DNA from: Bacteroidota bacterium
Lineage (GTDB): Bacteria > Bacteroidota > Bacteroidia > Bacteroidales > B39-G9
Direction: 5' to 3'
Assembly: GCA_015222055.1 (NCBI GenBank)
Contig: JADFUR010000008.1
Coordinates: 26,056-90,055, forward strand
DNA length: 64,000 nt
Below the pieces are notes generated by a model. It saw nothing but the letters and a program-made list of their open reading frames with translations, made no database searches and was not told the DNA's origin. Of this stretch, positions 38,730 through 48,578 are shown piece after piece; position 1 is the stretch's first letter; each line of letters starts with the position of its first letter. The translations under genes and the position numbers were made by a program.

Positions 38730-40619
38730 TTAATATGCTCTTACATTTTTCCCTTCAATATAATTTATAAAAGCAGAATTTACAACTTTATTTCCGCCGG
38801 GTGTAGGGTAATCCCCTGTAAAATACCAATCGCCTAAATCATTTGGGCATGCTTTGTGAAGCTTATCAACAGTTTGATATATAATTTTAACATCTGCCTT
38901 AATGTTATTTGGTTTAAGCAGTTGGGCAATTTTATTTGAGATTTCTTCATCTGAGAATGGTTCATAAATCTCTTTCACATAATTAATTATTTTCTCTTTA
39001 GGTAAGCTTTGTTGTTGTTTTGACTTTTGATAAACCTCTTTAATTACGTTCTCTCGACCCGTTTCTTTTAACAACTCAATAGCTGCATTAAAAGCAACAA
39101 AATCGCTTAATTTTGCCATATCTATGCCATAACAATCGGGGTAACGAATTTGTGGGGCAGAAGAAACTATAATTATTTGCTTTGGACCCAATCTATCTAA
39201 AATTTTCAAAATGCTTTGTTTAAGAGTTGTTCCTCTAACAATTGAATCATCAATAACAACCATGCTATCAACATCTCTTTTTATTGTGCCATATGTAATG
39301 TCATAAACATGCTCAACTATATCGTTTCTGTTTTTATCTTCAGAAATAAATGTACGCAACTTCACATCTTTTACAGCAATTTTTTCTACTCTTAATTTTA
39401 AAGACACAATTTCTTCAAGCTGTTCATCAGTAATTTCGTTCCCTAATTTAGCCAGTATTCGTTTCTTCTCCTTTACAAATAAATTATCCATTCCTTCCAT
39501 CATTCCATAAAATGCAGTTTCTGCAGTATTTGGAATAAATGAAAAAACGACGTTTCTAAAATCTTTTGATAAAGCTTCATATATTGCTGGTGCCAAAAGT
39601 TCTCCAAGTTTTTTTCTTTCTTTGTAAATATCAAAATCACTTCCACGAGAAAAATATATGCGCTCAAAAGAACAAGACTTTCTTTCTTTAGGTTCTCTTA
39701 TTTGTTCTTCTGAAACATCCCCTTGTTTTTTAATTATTAAAGCATAACCTGGCTTTATTTCCTTAATTGATTGAAGAGGCACATTTAAGACTGTTTGAAT
39801 AGCAGCCCTCTCTGATGCAGCAACGACTATCTCATCATCGTGATAATAAAAAGCCGGGCGAATTCCATTTGGGTCTCTGTTTACAAAAGCATCACCATGA
39901 CCAATGAGACCAGCAATAACATAACCGCCGTCCCACTTTTCACTTGCTTCAACCAATAATTGCTTCACATCTAATTTTTGTGCTATGAGTTTTGAAATTT
40001 GCGTATTTGTATAATTCTGTTTTTTAAATTTATTAAATAACTTTTGATTTTCATTATCTAAAAAATGACCTAACTTTTCGAGTATAGTAACTGTGTCTGA
40101 ATAATCTTTTGGGTACTGTCCCAAATCAATTAGTGTTTGAAATAACTCATCTACATTAGTTAAATTAAAATTCCCTGCAATAACCAAATTCCTTGACTTC
40201 CAATTATTTTCACGCATTACAGGATGTACATTATCAATATTATTTCTCCCGAATGTACCGTAACGCAAATGACCCAAATATAATTCTCCTGCAAACGGCA
40301 AGTTTTTATTAAAACAATTAGCTTCTTCCGGTAAACTTATATTTTTTGCAATTTTTGAATTAATTTCATCAAACACACTAACAATTGGCATTGAGGCGTT
40401 TGAACGGGCTCTATAAATATATTTATTACCTGGTTCCAAATCGAACTTAATACAAGCAACACCAGCACCGTCTTGTCCCCTATTTCGTTGCTTTTCCATA
40501 AGCAAATACAACTTTTGCAAACCATATTGCCATGTTCCATATTTTGATTGATAATATTCAAGGGGTTTCAACAACCTTACTAAAGCTATTCCACATTCGT
40601 GTTTAATTTGTTCACTCAT
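38730..40619 (-). CDS. purF: Amidophosphoribosyltransferase (long Bacteroidota form)
   Basis: Ntn Cys in MSEQIKHECGIALVRL and the PRTase loop VVIDDSIVRGTTLK. Length is 629 aa. Confidence 0.9.
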   Translation of the reverse strand: MSEQIKHECGIALVRLLKPLEYYQSKYGTWQYGLQKLYLLMEKQRNRGQDGAGVACIKFDLEPGNKYIYRARSNASMPIVSVFDEINSKIAKNISLPEEANCFNKNLPFAGELYLGHLRYGTFGRNNIDNVHPVMRENNWKSRNLVIAGNFNLTNVDELFQTLIDLGQYPKDYSDTVTILEKLGHFLDNENQKLFNKFKKQNYTNTQISKLIAQKLDVKQLLVEASEKWDGGYVIAGLIGHGDAFVNRDPNGIRPAFYYHDDEIVVAASERAAIQTVLNVPLQSIKEIKPGYALIIKKQGDVSEEQIREPKERKSCSFERIYFSRGSDFDIYKERKKLGELLAPAIYEALSKDFRNVVFSFIPNTAETAFYGMMEGMDNLFVKEKKRILAKLGNEITDEQLEEIVSLKLRVEKIAVKDVKLRTFISEDKNRNDIVEHVYDITYGTIKRDVDSMVVIDDSIVRGTTLKQSILKILDRLGPKQIIIVSSAPQIRYPDCYGIDMAKLSDFVAFNAAIELLKETGRENVIKEVYQKSKQQQSLPKEKIINYVKEIYEPFSDEEISNKIAQLLKPNNIKADVKIIYQTVDKLHKACPNDLGDWYFTGDYPTPGGNKVVNSAFINYIEGKNVRAY

Positions 40620-40687
40620 ACTAATTGTTATTTAAAAACAGTAATAATTTAAATTTATATTGCCAGTTAATCAATATTAAAAAATTA

Positions 40688-41158
40688 TCAAAGCTTTGGG
40701 TAATTAATTATAGCCTTTACAATATAAGAATTAGGGAATTGCTTAACAACTTGTTTATAGAATTTCAAAGCTTCTTCTTTTGTTCTATAATCGCCAACTC
40801 TGATTTTAAAAAAGGGAGGTTGATAAAGCGAATAAATTAATCGATAATCAAAATCAGGATAAATTGAAACAAACTCCGAACGTTTGTTATTAGCAACTTG
40901 TCTTGCATCTTGTCCAGAGGCTGTAAATATTTGTATTCTATAACCATTTATACCTCTTTGTCTTTGATGAATAGAAATAAATTTATTTACCAAATTCTCA
41001 ACGGATTGTGATTGATAAATATTGATATGACCTTTTTGAGAATCTTCTTGTTGAATATATTCAAAAAAAGAAATGTCATTTTTATAATCTTGTTGAGCAA
41101 CAACAACATTTAAATTATTAATCTGAATTATTATCAGTAATAAAAAAAGTTTTTTCAT
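40688..41158 (-). CDS. SPOR domain-containing secreted protein
   Basis: A signal peptide, and a C-terminal ..GYRIQIFTASGQDARQVANNKRSEF..FFKIRVGDYRTKEEALKFYKQV (SPOR fold pattern). Confidence 0.8.
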   Translation of the reverse strand: MKKLFLLLIIIQINNLNVVVAQQDYKNDISFFEYIQQEDSQKGHINIYQSQSVENLVNKFISIHQRQRGINGYRIQIFTASGQDARQVANNKRSEFVSIYPDFDYRLIYSLYQPPFFKIRVGDYRTKEEALKFYKQVVKQFPNSYIVKAIINYPKL

Positions 41159-41170
41159 TATTAAACTGGA

Positions 41171-41759
41171 TTAAAAAATAACAGAAATGGATAAATTATT
41201 AATCATCTGCTGTGCATATGTGCCAATAAACATTTTTTTACACTTTCAGATTGTTCTGTCATTATTACAATAAAATCTACCATCCATATTTTTTGCAAAT
41301 TCAACAACAGAGCTAGTAAACACTATTCCCAATAAAAAAATTCCTGTAACATTTTACATTTTTTTTGTTAATATAATTGGCAACTTGATTTGAATAATTA
41401 TTTAAATTTTTATTTGAAGAACTAATATCTACAAGATGAATGTTTGCAGAAAAGGCTTGAGTAATATCTGTTATAAATGGCACTTTTTGTCTAGTTTCTT
41501 TAGACGGGTCAAGTTGCATTACATTTTTTTCAAGGCCAATTTTTTCAAAATACAAACGATTTGTCACGACACAACATGCAGAATTAAAAACTACTCTAAA
41601 ATAATCGTGAAAATCAATAATTTCGTGAAAGGCAGTGTTTTTTTTTGCAAAATGTATCATTCTTATATTCGCATTAAGCTTATTAGTATACTCAATAGCA
41701 TTTTCTAATGCATGAACAGAATCACCTAAAAAATCTATAAGAACAAGAATATATCTCAT
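41171..41759 (-). pseudogene. Decayed universal stress protein (UspA-family) gene with several frameshifts
   Basis: ORF 41313..41759 starts like a USP (MRYILVLIDF..SVHALENAIEYTNKLNANIRMIHF). After its TAG, the expected USP C-terminus continues in other frames. These are SSVVEFAKNMD (frame +1), VDFIVIMTEQSESVKK (frame +2) and MFIGTYAQQMINNLSISVIF* (frame +1, stop at 41171-41173). The frame switches sit near T7/A7 homopolymers. Confidence 0.65.
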
Positions 41760-41916
41760 CAGCCGAATTATATATTATATTTACAAAAAATAAATATAAT
41801 AAAATTAAATCAAACAATGCTTAATATCGAACAAATATAAAAAAAATAAATTATTTTATATTGATATTTCTATCTTACAATATTTAATAATTGTAAGCAG
41901 AATTATCTTTTTTGAT

Positions 41917-41945
41917 AAAAAAAAGAGGAACTATAAGCTCCTCTT
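41917..41945 (-). terminator. Terminator of the exbB-exbD operon
   Basis: Read on the minus strand, the stem AAGAGGAGC/GTTCCTCTT (one mismatch) is followed by T8, 19 nt after the exbD stop. Confidence 0.6.
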
Positions 41946-41963
41946 AAATTTATAATAAATAAA

Positions 41964-42434
41964 TTATTCGGACGATCCTTTTCGTGTAGAATAATTTATT
42001 TTAAGAGCATTACATTCCCTGAGTTTTTGCTTAATATCTGTAACAATACCCATTTTGGTATATTCATCTACTTTTAATGACGTAGTCATAAAAGGCACTT
42101 CATTTTCATCTCTAGCTTCTCTTTCACTAGTAATATAATCGCGTATATCACCAGGAGTTGCAAATGCATCATTTAATTGAATACGAGATTCTGTACCAAA
42201 TATTTTTTGAAAATTTTTTATTGGTGAACCAACATAAATATAGCTTACTAAAGATTTCTTTTCTAATTTTTGTATTTGAACAGCTGCTGGAACATGAACC
42301 TTAATTTTAAGATCTTGTTGTCTCATAGTTGTTGTAACCATAAAGAAAAACAGTAACATAAATATAATATCAGGCAACGATGATGTCGATATTGGAGGTG
42401 TTTCTTTATTATTTGATTTTTTGAATTTAGACAT
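41964..42434 (-). CDS. exbD: Biopolymer transport protein ExbD/TolR
   Basis: 156 aa. ..LPDIIFMLLFFFMVTTTM.. is the N-terminal TM signature of ExbD. Confidence 0.85.
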   Translation of the reverse strand: MSKFKKSNNKETPPISTSSLPDIIFMLLFFFMVTTTMRQQDLKIKVHVPAAVQIQKLEKKSLVSYIYVGSPIKNFQKIFGTESRIQLNDAFATPGDIRDYITSEREARDENEVPFMTTSLKVDEYTKMGIVTDIKQKLRECNALKINYSTRKGSSE

Positions 42435-42436
42435 AA

Positions 42437-43027
42437 TTATTTTCCTCCTCCTACGTTTTTAGGTTCTGCCTCAGAAATTCTTTGAGGATATATTTTTTTA
42501 ACTAAATCTTTCTTGCTAGTGATTAAGTCATCATATTTTTGAGAAAAAATTCTCATGGACAACTCATCACGCAACTCTATATAAGCAGAGAGTAATTCAT
42601 CCTGTACTTGTATATATGTTCCATATGACGTACCCCTGTCATTTTGTAAAGAAATAACGCCTTTCGATACAGGATATTTATTTCCAAAATATCTACTATC
42701 AACTTCTGTTATTTTTTTTTCGGGTAATTTCGGATTGTTTGCCGGATTTTCAATAAATTCCTTTGCTTTTTCTTTCAGTCGACTTACATCCATTGGTTCA
42801 CCTTCAACCAACAATTGATTATTTTTATTAATAAGAACAACGAAAACATTTCTTTCTTTAATCTTATCATTAGATTTTTGTTGGTTTTTTTCAGGCATAG
42901 GAGGCAATTTTCGAGAAATCCCGGAATCTGTATCCATAGTTGTTGTAACAAGAAAGAAAATTAAAAGCAAGAAAGCAATATCTGCCATAGAACTTGCATT
43001 TATTTCTGGTGTTTTTCTTTTTGACAT
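42437..43027 (-). CDS. exbD: Biopolymer transport protein ExbD/TolR (second copy)
   Basis: 196 aa. ..SSMADIAFLLLIFFLVTTTM.. Confidence 0.85.
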   Translation of the reverse strand: MSKRKTPEINASSMADIAFLLLIFFLVTTTMDTDSGISRKLPPMPEKNQQKSNDKIKERNVFVVLINKNNQLLVEGEPMDVSRLKEKAKEFIENPANNPKLPEKKITEVDSRYFGNKYPVSKGVISLQNDRGTSYGTYIQVQDELLSAYIELRDELSMRIFSQKYDDLITSKKDLVKKIYPQRISEAEPKNVGGGK

Positions 43028-43085
43028 AGCTTTTAAATTATAAATTAAAATTTTCCGTGGAAAAAATTTCCACGGAAAATATATT

Positions 43086-43499
43086 TTATCTTAATGCAGC
43101 ACTAATTTCTGAATATATAATACTTAAAACTGCTATTGCTCCACAAATATAGGTCATATATAAACCTGTTCCTACAAATCGAGAAACGCCAGGTGTAATA
43201 TCAAATGTTTCCCATCCGAAGAAATGAGGTATGCTTGAAGATGCCAAGAAAAATGAAATCAATAATAAAACTCCTGCTAACAGAATAGAAATTAAGCTTT
43301 TCTTTGCATTTTCTTTGCTTTTAAAAATATTCACAACGGAAAAAATTAAAGTAATTGCTACAGCTAATCCTAGTAGAATATATGCCCAAATAATAAAAGG
43401 ATTCTCTGTTATTACATCTCCGAAAAACAAAACTCCTAATATTACAGATATACCCATTAAGACATATGAAATAATAGAAACTATTTTATTTATAGACAT
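43086..43499 (-). CDS. Small integral membrane protein within the exbB-exbD operon
   Basis: 137 aa with about 4 TM helices, and a 2-nt gap to exbB. Confidence 0.55.
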   Translation of the reverse strand: MSINKIVSIISYVLMGISVILGVLFFGDVITENPFIIWAYILLGLAVAITLIFSVVNIFKSKENAKKSLISILLAGVLLLISFFLASSSIPHFFGWETFDITPGVSRFVGTGLYMTYICGAIAVLSIIYSEISAALR

Positions 43500-43501
43500 A
43501 A

Positions 43502-44344
43502 TTATTTATTTTTAAGATTAAATTTTGTTATGATGTCAATTAATGTTATTGAAGCATCTTCCATATTATTAACAATACCGTCAATTTTTGCAACTATATA
43601 GTTATAAAAAACTTGAAGAATCATAGCAACGATCAAACCAAATAATGTAGTAATTAAGGCAACACTAATACCACCTGCAACCAATGCCGGTGAAATATCA
43701 CCTGCAGCTTTAATTGTATCAAATGCTGCAATCATACCAATAACAGTTCCCATAAAACCTAACATAGGAGCAAGTCCAATAAATAATGAAATCCAAGTTA
43801 AACCTTTTTCCATTAAGTTACTTTGAACACCACCATAAGAAACAATAGATTTTTCAACAACATCAATTCCTTCTTGTGACCTGTCTAAACCTTGATAAAA
43901 AATACTTGCAACAGGACCTCTTGTATTTCTACATACTTCTTTTGCAGCATCTACGCCACCTTCGTCTAAAGCAGTTTCAACACCTTCTAACAACTTTTTA
44001 GTATTTGTTGTTGCAAAATTTAAATAAATAATTCTTTCTATAGATAAAGCTAAACCAAAAATCAAAGCAAGTAATACAACAGCCATGAAGCCTGGGTTAC
44101 CTTCAATAAATTTTTGTTTAAGAATTTGGTGTAAACCACCTTGAGATTCCTCGACTTGTTCTTCTTCAACAACTGTTGTCGAGTCTGTTTCTACTGCTAC
44201 AGAATCTTGAGCAATTGCGGTTGAATCTGTTTGCTCTAATGCTGTTGCGTCTTGTGCCTCAGCTTCTTCTTGTGCAAATACTAAATTTGATGCTCCAAAT
44301 GTAAGCAAACTAAAAATAGTAAATAATGCAAATAATTTTTTCAT
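43502..44344 (-). CDS. exbB: MotA/TolQ/ExbB proton-channel protein
   Basis: ..GLAPMLGFMGTVIGMIAAF.. I place the start at MKKLFALFTIFSLL (ATG at 44342-44344) rather than the upstream ATG at 44428, because this start gives a signal-like N-terminus. Confidence 0.85.
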   Translation of the reverse strand: MKKLFALFTIFSLLTFGASNLVFAQEEAEAQDATALEQTDSTAIAQDSVAVETDSTTVVEEEQVEESQGGLHQILKQKFIEGNPGFMAVVLLALIFGLALSIERIIYLNFATTNTKKLLEGVETALDEGGVDAAKEVCRNTRGPVASIFYQGLDRSQEGIDVVEKSIVSYGGVQSNLMEKGLTWISLFIGLAPMLGFMGTVIGMIAAFDTIKAAGDISPALVAGGISVALITTLFGLIVAMILQVFYNYIVAKIDGIVNNMEDASITLIDIITKFNLKNK

Positions 44345-44565
44345 GATTCGATTTTTAAATTTTTTAATTATGAACAAAAATATACAAATTAAATTATAAT
44401 ACAAATTTTTTGTATTGAAAGAAATCATAGTCGAATTAGCTAAAAAACCACCAATATGTTGATTATAACTACATGTATCAAACTGAAAAAAATTCTTTCT
44501 TTACTTATAAAAACTTAAAATTATTGGTCGCAAAATACAAAAAAAATTAAATAATAAAACTATGT

Positions 44566-45600
44566 TTAAATATTTATTTCGCCTCTTAAAGATTTTTTAA
44601 GATTTAATATAATTTCTTTATTACTCATTTTCTGTCCTATAAGAAACATTAATTTTGTAATTGCGGCTTCGGTGGTGATATCGTAACCACTATTAACTCC
44701 GCAGTGTAACATTTCTAAACTTGTCTCATATTTTCCCATATCAACACTTCCTGTATTGCACTGAGTAACATTCAATATAATTATGCCTTTACGTATTGCT
44801 TTTTTAATCTCATCAATAAACCAACCTTGGGTTGGTGCATTACCTGAACCAAAAGTTTCAATAACTATTGCTTTCAAATCCTTTATATTAAAGAACGAAG
44901 AAATTACATTTTTATTGATTCCTGGGAAAATTTTTAATACTGCAACATTACAATCTAATTTTGTGTAAATATCAAAATCACGTTTAACAGTTGGATAATG
45001 AATAACTGAATAATTATATTTAATATGAATTCCTGCTTTGGCCAAAACCGAATAATTATCTGATTTAAATGCATTAAAATATTCAGAGCTGTGTTTTGTT
45101 GTGCGGTTTCCCCTATATAATTTATTCTCAAAATAAACACACACTTCTGGGACTAAGGGCTCCCCGTTTCGTTTAGCCGCAGCAATTTCTACCGATGTGA
45201 TAATATTTTCTTTCCCATCAGTTCTTAGGGTTCCTATTGGTAATTGAGAACCGGTAAAAATAACAGGCTTTGATAAATTTTTGAGCATAAAACTAACTGC
45301 AGATGCTGTGTAAGACATTGTATCTGTTCCATGCAAAACAACAAAACCATCATATTTTTCATAATTTTGTTTTATTATTTTTACAAGTTCCACCCAAAAA
45401 GTAGGATTAATATTTGAAGAATCAACTATTGGATCAAATGTTATGGTGTTTAATTTATATCCAAATTTATTTAATTCCGGTACTTGTTTTAAAATATGGT
45501 CAAAATCAAACGGACTGAGTGAGCCTGTTTTGGGATTTTTAACCATACCGATTGTTCCACCTGTGTATATTATTAATATTGAAGGATTTTCCTTTTTCAT
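44566..45600 (-). CDS. ansA: Type I L-asparaginase
   Basis: IYTGGTIGM and VLHGTDTMSYTA. Length is 344 aa. Confidence 0.9.
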   Translation of the reverse strand: MKKENPSILIIYTGGTIGMVKNPKTGSLSPFDFDHILKQVPELNKFGYKLNTITFDPIVDSSNINPTFWVELVKIIKQNYEKYDGFVVLHGTDTMSYTASAVSFMLKNLSKPVIFTGSQLPIGTLRTDGKENIITSVEIAAAKRNGEPLVPEVCVYFENKLYRGNRTTKHSSEYFNAFKSDNYSVLAKAGIHIKYNYSVIHYPTVKRDFDIYTKLDCNVAVLKIFPGINKNVISSFFNIKDLKAIVIETFGSGNAPTQGWFIDEIKKAIRKGIIILNVTQCNTGSVDMGKYETSLEMLHCGVNSGYDITTEAAITKLMFLIGQKMSNKEIILNLKKSLRGEINI

Positions 45601-45762
45601 CTTTAAAATAAAAATTATATTATTATACTTATTTCCTTAATTCACAAAACTAAATATAATCGCCACTAATTCACGAATTTAAGACGAATTAATTCAATCA
45701 GTATTTTTCTTAGAATCAATATTCATTTTTTCAATTCGTGGCATATAAAAAAAATTATAGAT

Positions 45763-46539
45763 TTACAGTATTGTAATATTAAAAAGTTCTTTTGCATTTT
45801 GCGTAGTTATTTCTGCCAGCTTATCAATTGTTACATTATGTAATCGAGCAATTTTTTCAGCTATATAAATTATATTAGCACTTTCGTTTCGTTTCCCTCG
45901 TTTTGGTGCAGGTGACAAATATGGAGAATCTGTTTCTAATAAAATATTTTCTAAATCAACATTTTGGACAACTTTATCGAGACCCGAATTTTTAAAGGTT
46001 ACGATTCCTCCAATTCCTAATTTAAATCCTAATGATATTATTTTTTCAGCTTGTTCATTATTACCTGTAAAGCAATGAAAAACACCCCGTAATTTATCAA
46101 TTTTATATTTTCCGATAATATCAAAAATAAGCTCAAAAGAACTGCGTGTGTGAATAACAATAGGCAAATCATTATTTATTGCCAATTCAATTTGTTTTTC
46201 GAAAGCATCTATTTGTTGAATTTTAAATGTCTTATCCCAATATAAATCAATGCCTATCTCTCCTATTGCATAGAACTTTTCTTTTTTTAGCCACAACTCA
46301 ACATTTTTCAACTCTTCTAAATAATCATTTTTAACTGATGTAGGATGTAATCCCATCATTGGGAAAAAATTATTGGGATAATCGCCGGCAAGTTTCAATA
46401 AAGGAGCAACAGTGCTACTGTCAATATTTGGAAATAAAATTTTACTTACATTATTAGTAAATGCATTTTTTATTACCTGCTCCCGGTCGTTATCAAACTC
46501 GTTGAGATAAATATGTGAATGTGTGTCAACTAATACCAT
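45763..46539 (-). CDS. tatD: TatD-family metal-dependent hydrolase/DNase
   Basis: VDTHSHIY, GVFHCFTGN and LLETDSPYL. Confidence 0.9.
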   Translation of the reverse strand: MVLVDTHSHIYLNEFDNDREQVIKNAFTNNVSKILFPNIDSSTVAPLLKLAGDYPNNFFPMMGLHPTSVKNDYLEELKNVELWLKKEKFYAIGEIGIDLYWDKTFKIQQIDAFEKQIELAINNDLPIVIHTRSSFELIFDIIGKYKIDKLRGVFHCFTGNNEQAEKIISLGFKLGIGGIVTFKNSGLDKVVQNVDLENILLETDSPYLSPAPKRGKRNESANIIYIAEKIARLHNVTIDKLAEITTQNAKELFNITIL

Positions 46540-46601
46540 AATGATAAAATGTCTGCAAATGTAAAAATTTTCAAGAGAAAGTTACAAACTTATTATATAT
46601 A

Positions 46602-46641
46602 AATTAGGCTGCGAAATCCTTTTAAATTATGCAGCCTAATA
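46602..46641 (-). terminator. Strong hairpin downstream of the peptidase gene (probable terminator)
   Basis: A 10-bp perfect stem, ATTAGGCTGC (46603-46612) pairing with GCAGCCTAAT (46631-46640), with an 18-nt loop. It lies 30 nt after the stop at 46671. There is no clean U-tract. Confidence 0.5.
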
Positions 46642-46670
46642 GAAGCAATTGTTATATTAATTGTAATAAA

Positions 46671-48362
46671 TTATTTAATTTCTCCAGAACCGAAATCAAA
46701 TTCTGCTCCATTATCAATGGTTAAGTTATCATTGTCATTTAATATACAAATACCGTTATTTTCTAATTTTAATTCTCCTCCACTTTCAACAACAATATTA
46801 GCATTTGTAATTTTGCCTCCGGTTACTATTAATTTTGAGCCGGTTTTTACGGTAATAACTGCTTGCTTTGGCATAATTACAGCTCCTGTAATTGTTAATA
46901 TTGCTCCTGATTGCGCTGTTAAATTCTGACATAAAGATGTATATGAACTCCATGTTTGATTGTTTGAAACAATAAGAGGTGAACTTGATAAACTTGAATT
47001 TAAACTAATATTATCAATCGCAATATCATCGGAATCCCCAATTATTATCCTCCTCGGCAATTCATTAGGGGTTCCGGAACCGGTAACAGCAATAAATTTG
47101 ATTTTAACCAAATCCCCTGCATAAGAAGAAAGATTAACAGTTGCATTTTTCCAGTCAATACCCTGATTGCCTGATTTTGACCAAATATTGTTTGACCACG
47201 TGTTACCACCATCTGTACTTATTTGAACTGCCAAACTCCCAATATTTGAACCAGACATATTATAATAAAAATTAAAGTTAACATTACACAAAGTAGATAA
47301 ATCAAAGCTTGGGCTTACAAGAACTGCTTTTTTATAAGGAAAATTCGGAGAACTTCCTTCAACATACATATAATAAGAGCCTTGTTGAGCACCTGAAGGA
47401 CCTGTACCTGACGAAGGAGTGCTTCCCGAATGTCTTGTCCAATTTATATCATCATCTGAACTTTGCCACCATGTGCCATCATCTTGCTCAAAACTAAAAT
47501 TATATGGCAGACTATATGAATAAAAACCTGCATCATCTAATGGTCCTATATTCGGATTAGAATCATCACCATCAGCCAAATCAGGACAAGGCGGACAATA
47601 AGAAGGCTTTTTTCCAATACCCCAATTGTAAAAACCATCGTTATCTTCGTCTCTGCACAAAATAGAAAAAGAATTTTCTGTAATTTCGTATAATGGTGTT
47701 AATAATGCTTTTACTCTTGTTAAATATCTCTGTCCATTTAATGTTGTATTTGTAACTAAATTGACATATCCATGATCTCCAAAATTGGGACCACCACTAT
47801 TTTTAAAAATCCAATAAGTTGCACCAACTAAGGAATTGCCTTCCTGTACTATAATATCTGGATCCCAGCCAGTTCCCGATTGAATAGTATCTCCTTCTTC
47901 AATAACACCGAAACCAATTAAAGCCATAGAATGACCTCCAGAAGAATGCATCATGGCTGCAGAAAGTGGTCCATATTTAATAATGGCTTTTTTAATTTCC
48001 TCTGGATCACCATCAACTTGCCCATCGACTGTAATGTTTAATTTACTATCAATTTTAACCCAACAGCTAGGTTCCGTACAATTAGATGGATCATTACAAG
48101 GTAATTCCGATTGAGCCCAAGGAAAACAATTCTCATCTTTCACGCCCTTATTTATTAAAAAATCAAGAGTGTTATTTGCAAAACCTCCACTACACCCAGT
48201 ATTATCATTATCACATGATAAGACATGTTGTTCTGATAAATTTAAATCAATATGTGAATTATAATATAAATTAGCAATTCCCTCTAATGCTGCAATAGGT
48301 CCAAAAATATAACAAGTACTTGGGCATGGACACCATGATTGTTGACTTTTAATAGAAGTCAT
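46671..48362 (-). CDS. Papain-family (C1) peptidase plus MAM domain plus beta-helix-like tail; the homologous reading frame continues upstream to 48578 with no start codon
   Basis: C1 boxes are present: ..SWCPCPSTCYIFGPIAALEG (Cys box), GGHSMALIGFG (His box) and YWIFKNSGG..GDHGYV (Asn box). The MAM-like region is FSFEQDDGTWWQSSDDDINWTRHSGSTPSSGTGP..YYMYVEGS..IAIDNISL. The SFDWR motif lies upstream of the first ATG. Confidence 0.8.
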   Translation of the reverse strand: MTSIKSQQSWCPCPSTCYIFGPIAALEGIANLYYNSHIDLNLSEQHVLSCDNDNTGCSGGFANNTLDFLINKGVKDENCFPWAQSELPCNDPSNCTEPSCWVKIDSKLNITVDGQVDGDPEEIKKAIIKYGPLSAAMMHSSGGHSMALIGFGVIEEGDTIQSGTGWDPDIIVQEGNSLVGATYWIFKNSGGPNFGDHGYVNLVTNTTLNGQRYLTRVKALLTPLYEITENSFSILCRDEDNDGFYNWGIGKKPSYCPPCPDLADGDDSNPNIGPLDDAGFYSYSLPYNFSFEQDDGTWWQSSDDDINWTRHSGSTPSSGTGPSGAQQGSYYMYVEGSSPNFPYKKAVLVSPSFDLSTLCNVNFNFYYNMSGSNIGSLAVQISTDGGNTWSNNIWSKSGNQGIDWKNATVNLSSYAGDLVKIKFIAVTGSGTPNELPRRIIIGDSDDIAIDNISLNSSLSSSPLIVSNNQTWSSYTSLCQNLTAQSGAILTITGAVIMPKQAVITVKTGSKLIVTGGKITNANIVVESGGELKLENNGICILNDNDNLTIDNGAEFDFGSGEIK

Positions 48363-48578
48363 CCAACCGTTGCCAAATTCTTGAACACCATCCCAATGTA
48401 TATCAGGATTCCCATCAAAATAAGGGGATGTGCTTTTATTGGCACCATGTCTATTTCTCCAATCAAACGATGATACAAGATATGAAGTTGATTTAATAAT
48501 TGTAGGTATATCAGAATAAAAAGTAAAAATACCACCCTTATAATATTCAAACCCTTCTAAATTATATTTTTCACCAAA

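Noticed and set aside
41964-44344. An exbB-exbD-exbD operon with no adjacent tonB.
   Set aside because: A terminator follows the second exbD. TonB genes are often encoded elsewhere, and nothing can be judged from a single window.
45662-45742. The inverted repeat CACGAATT / AATTCGTG (plus GCCAC / GTGGC) in the tatD-ansA spacer as an operator or terminator.
   Set aside because: Only 8 bp match, with a roughly 50-nt gap and an interrupted second arm. That is too short to distinguish from chance without comparative data.
48359-48550. A 63-aa ORF overlapping the gap between the two peptidase fragments.
   Set aside because: It is out of frame with the C1-homologous reading frame, which is continuous through this region. 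Its sequence is hydrophobic and junk-like.
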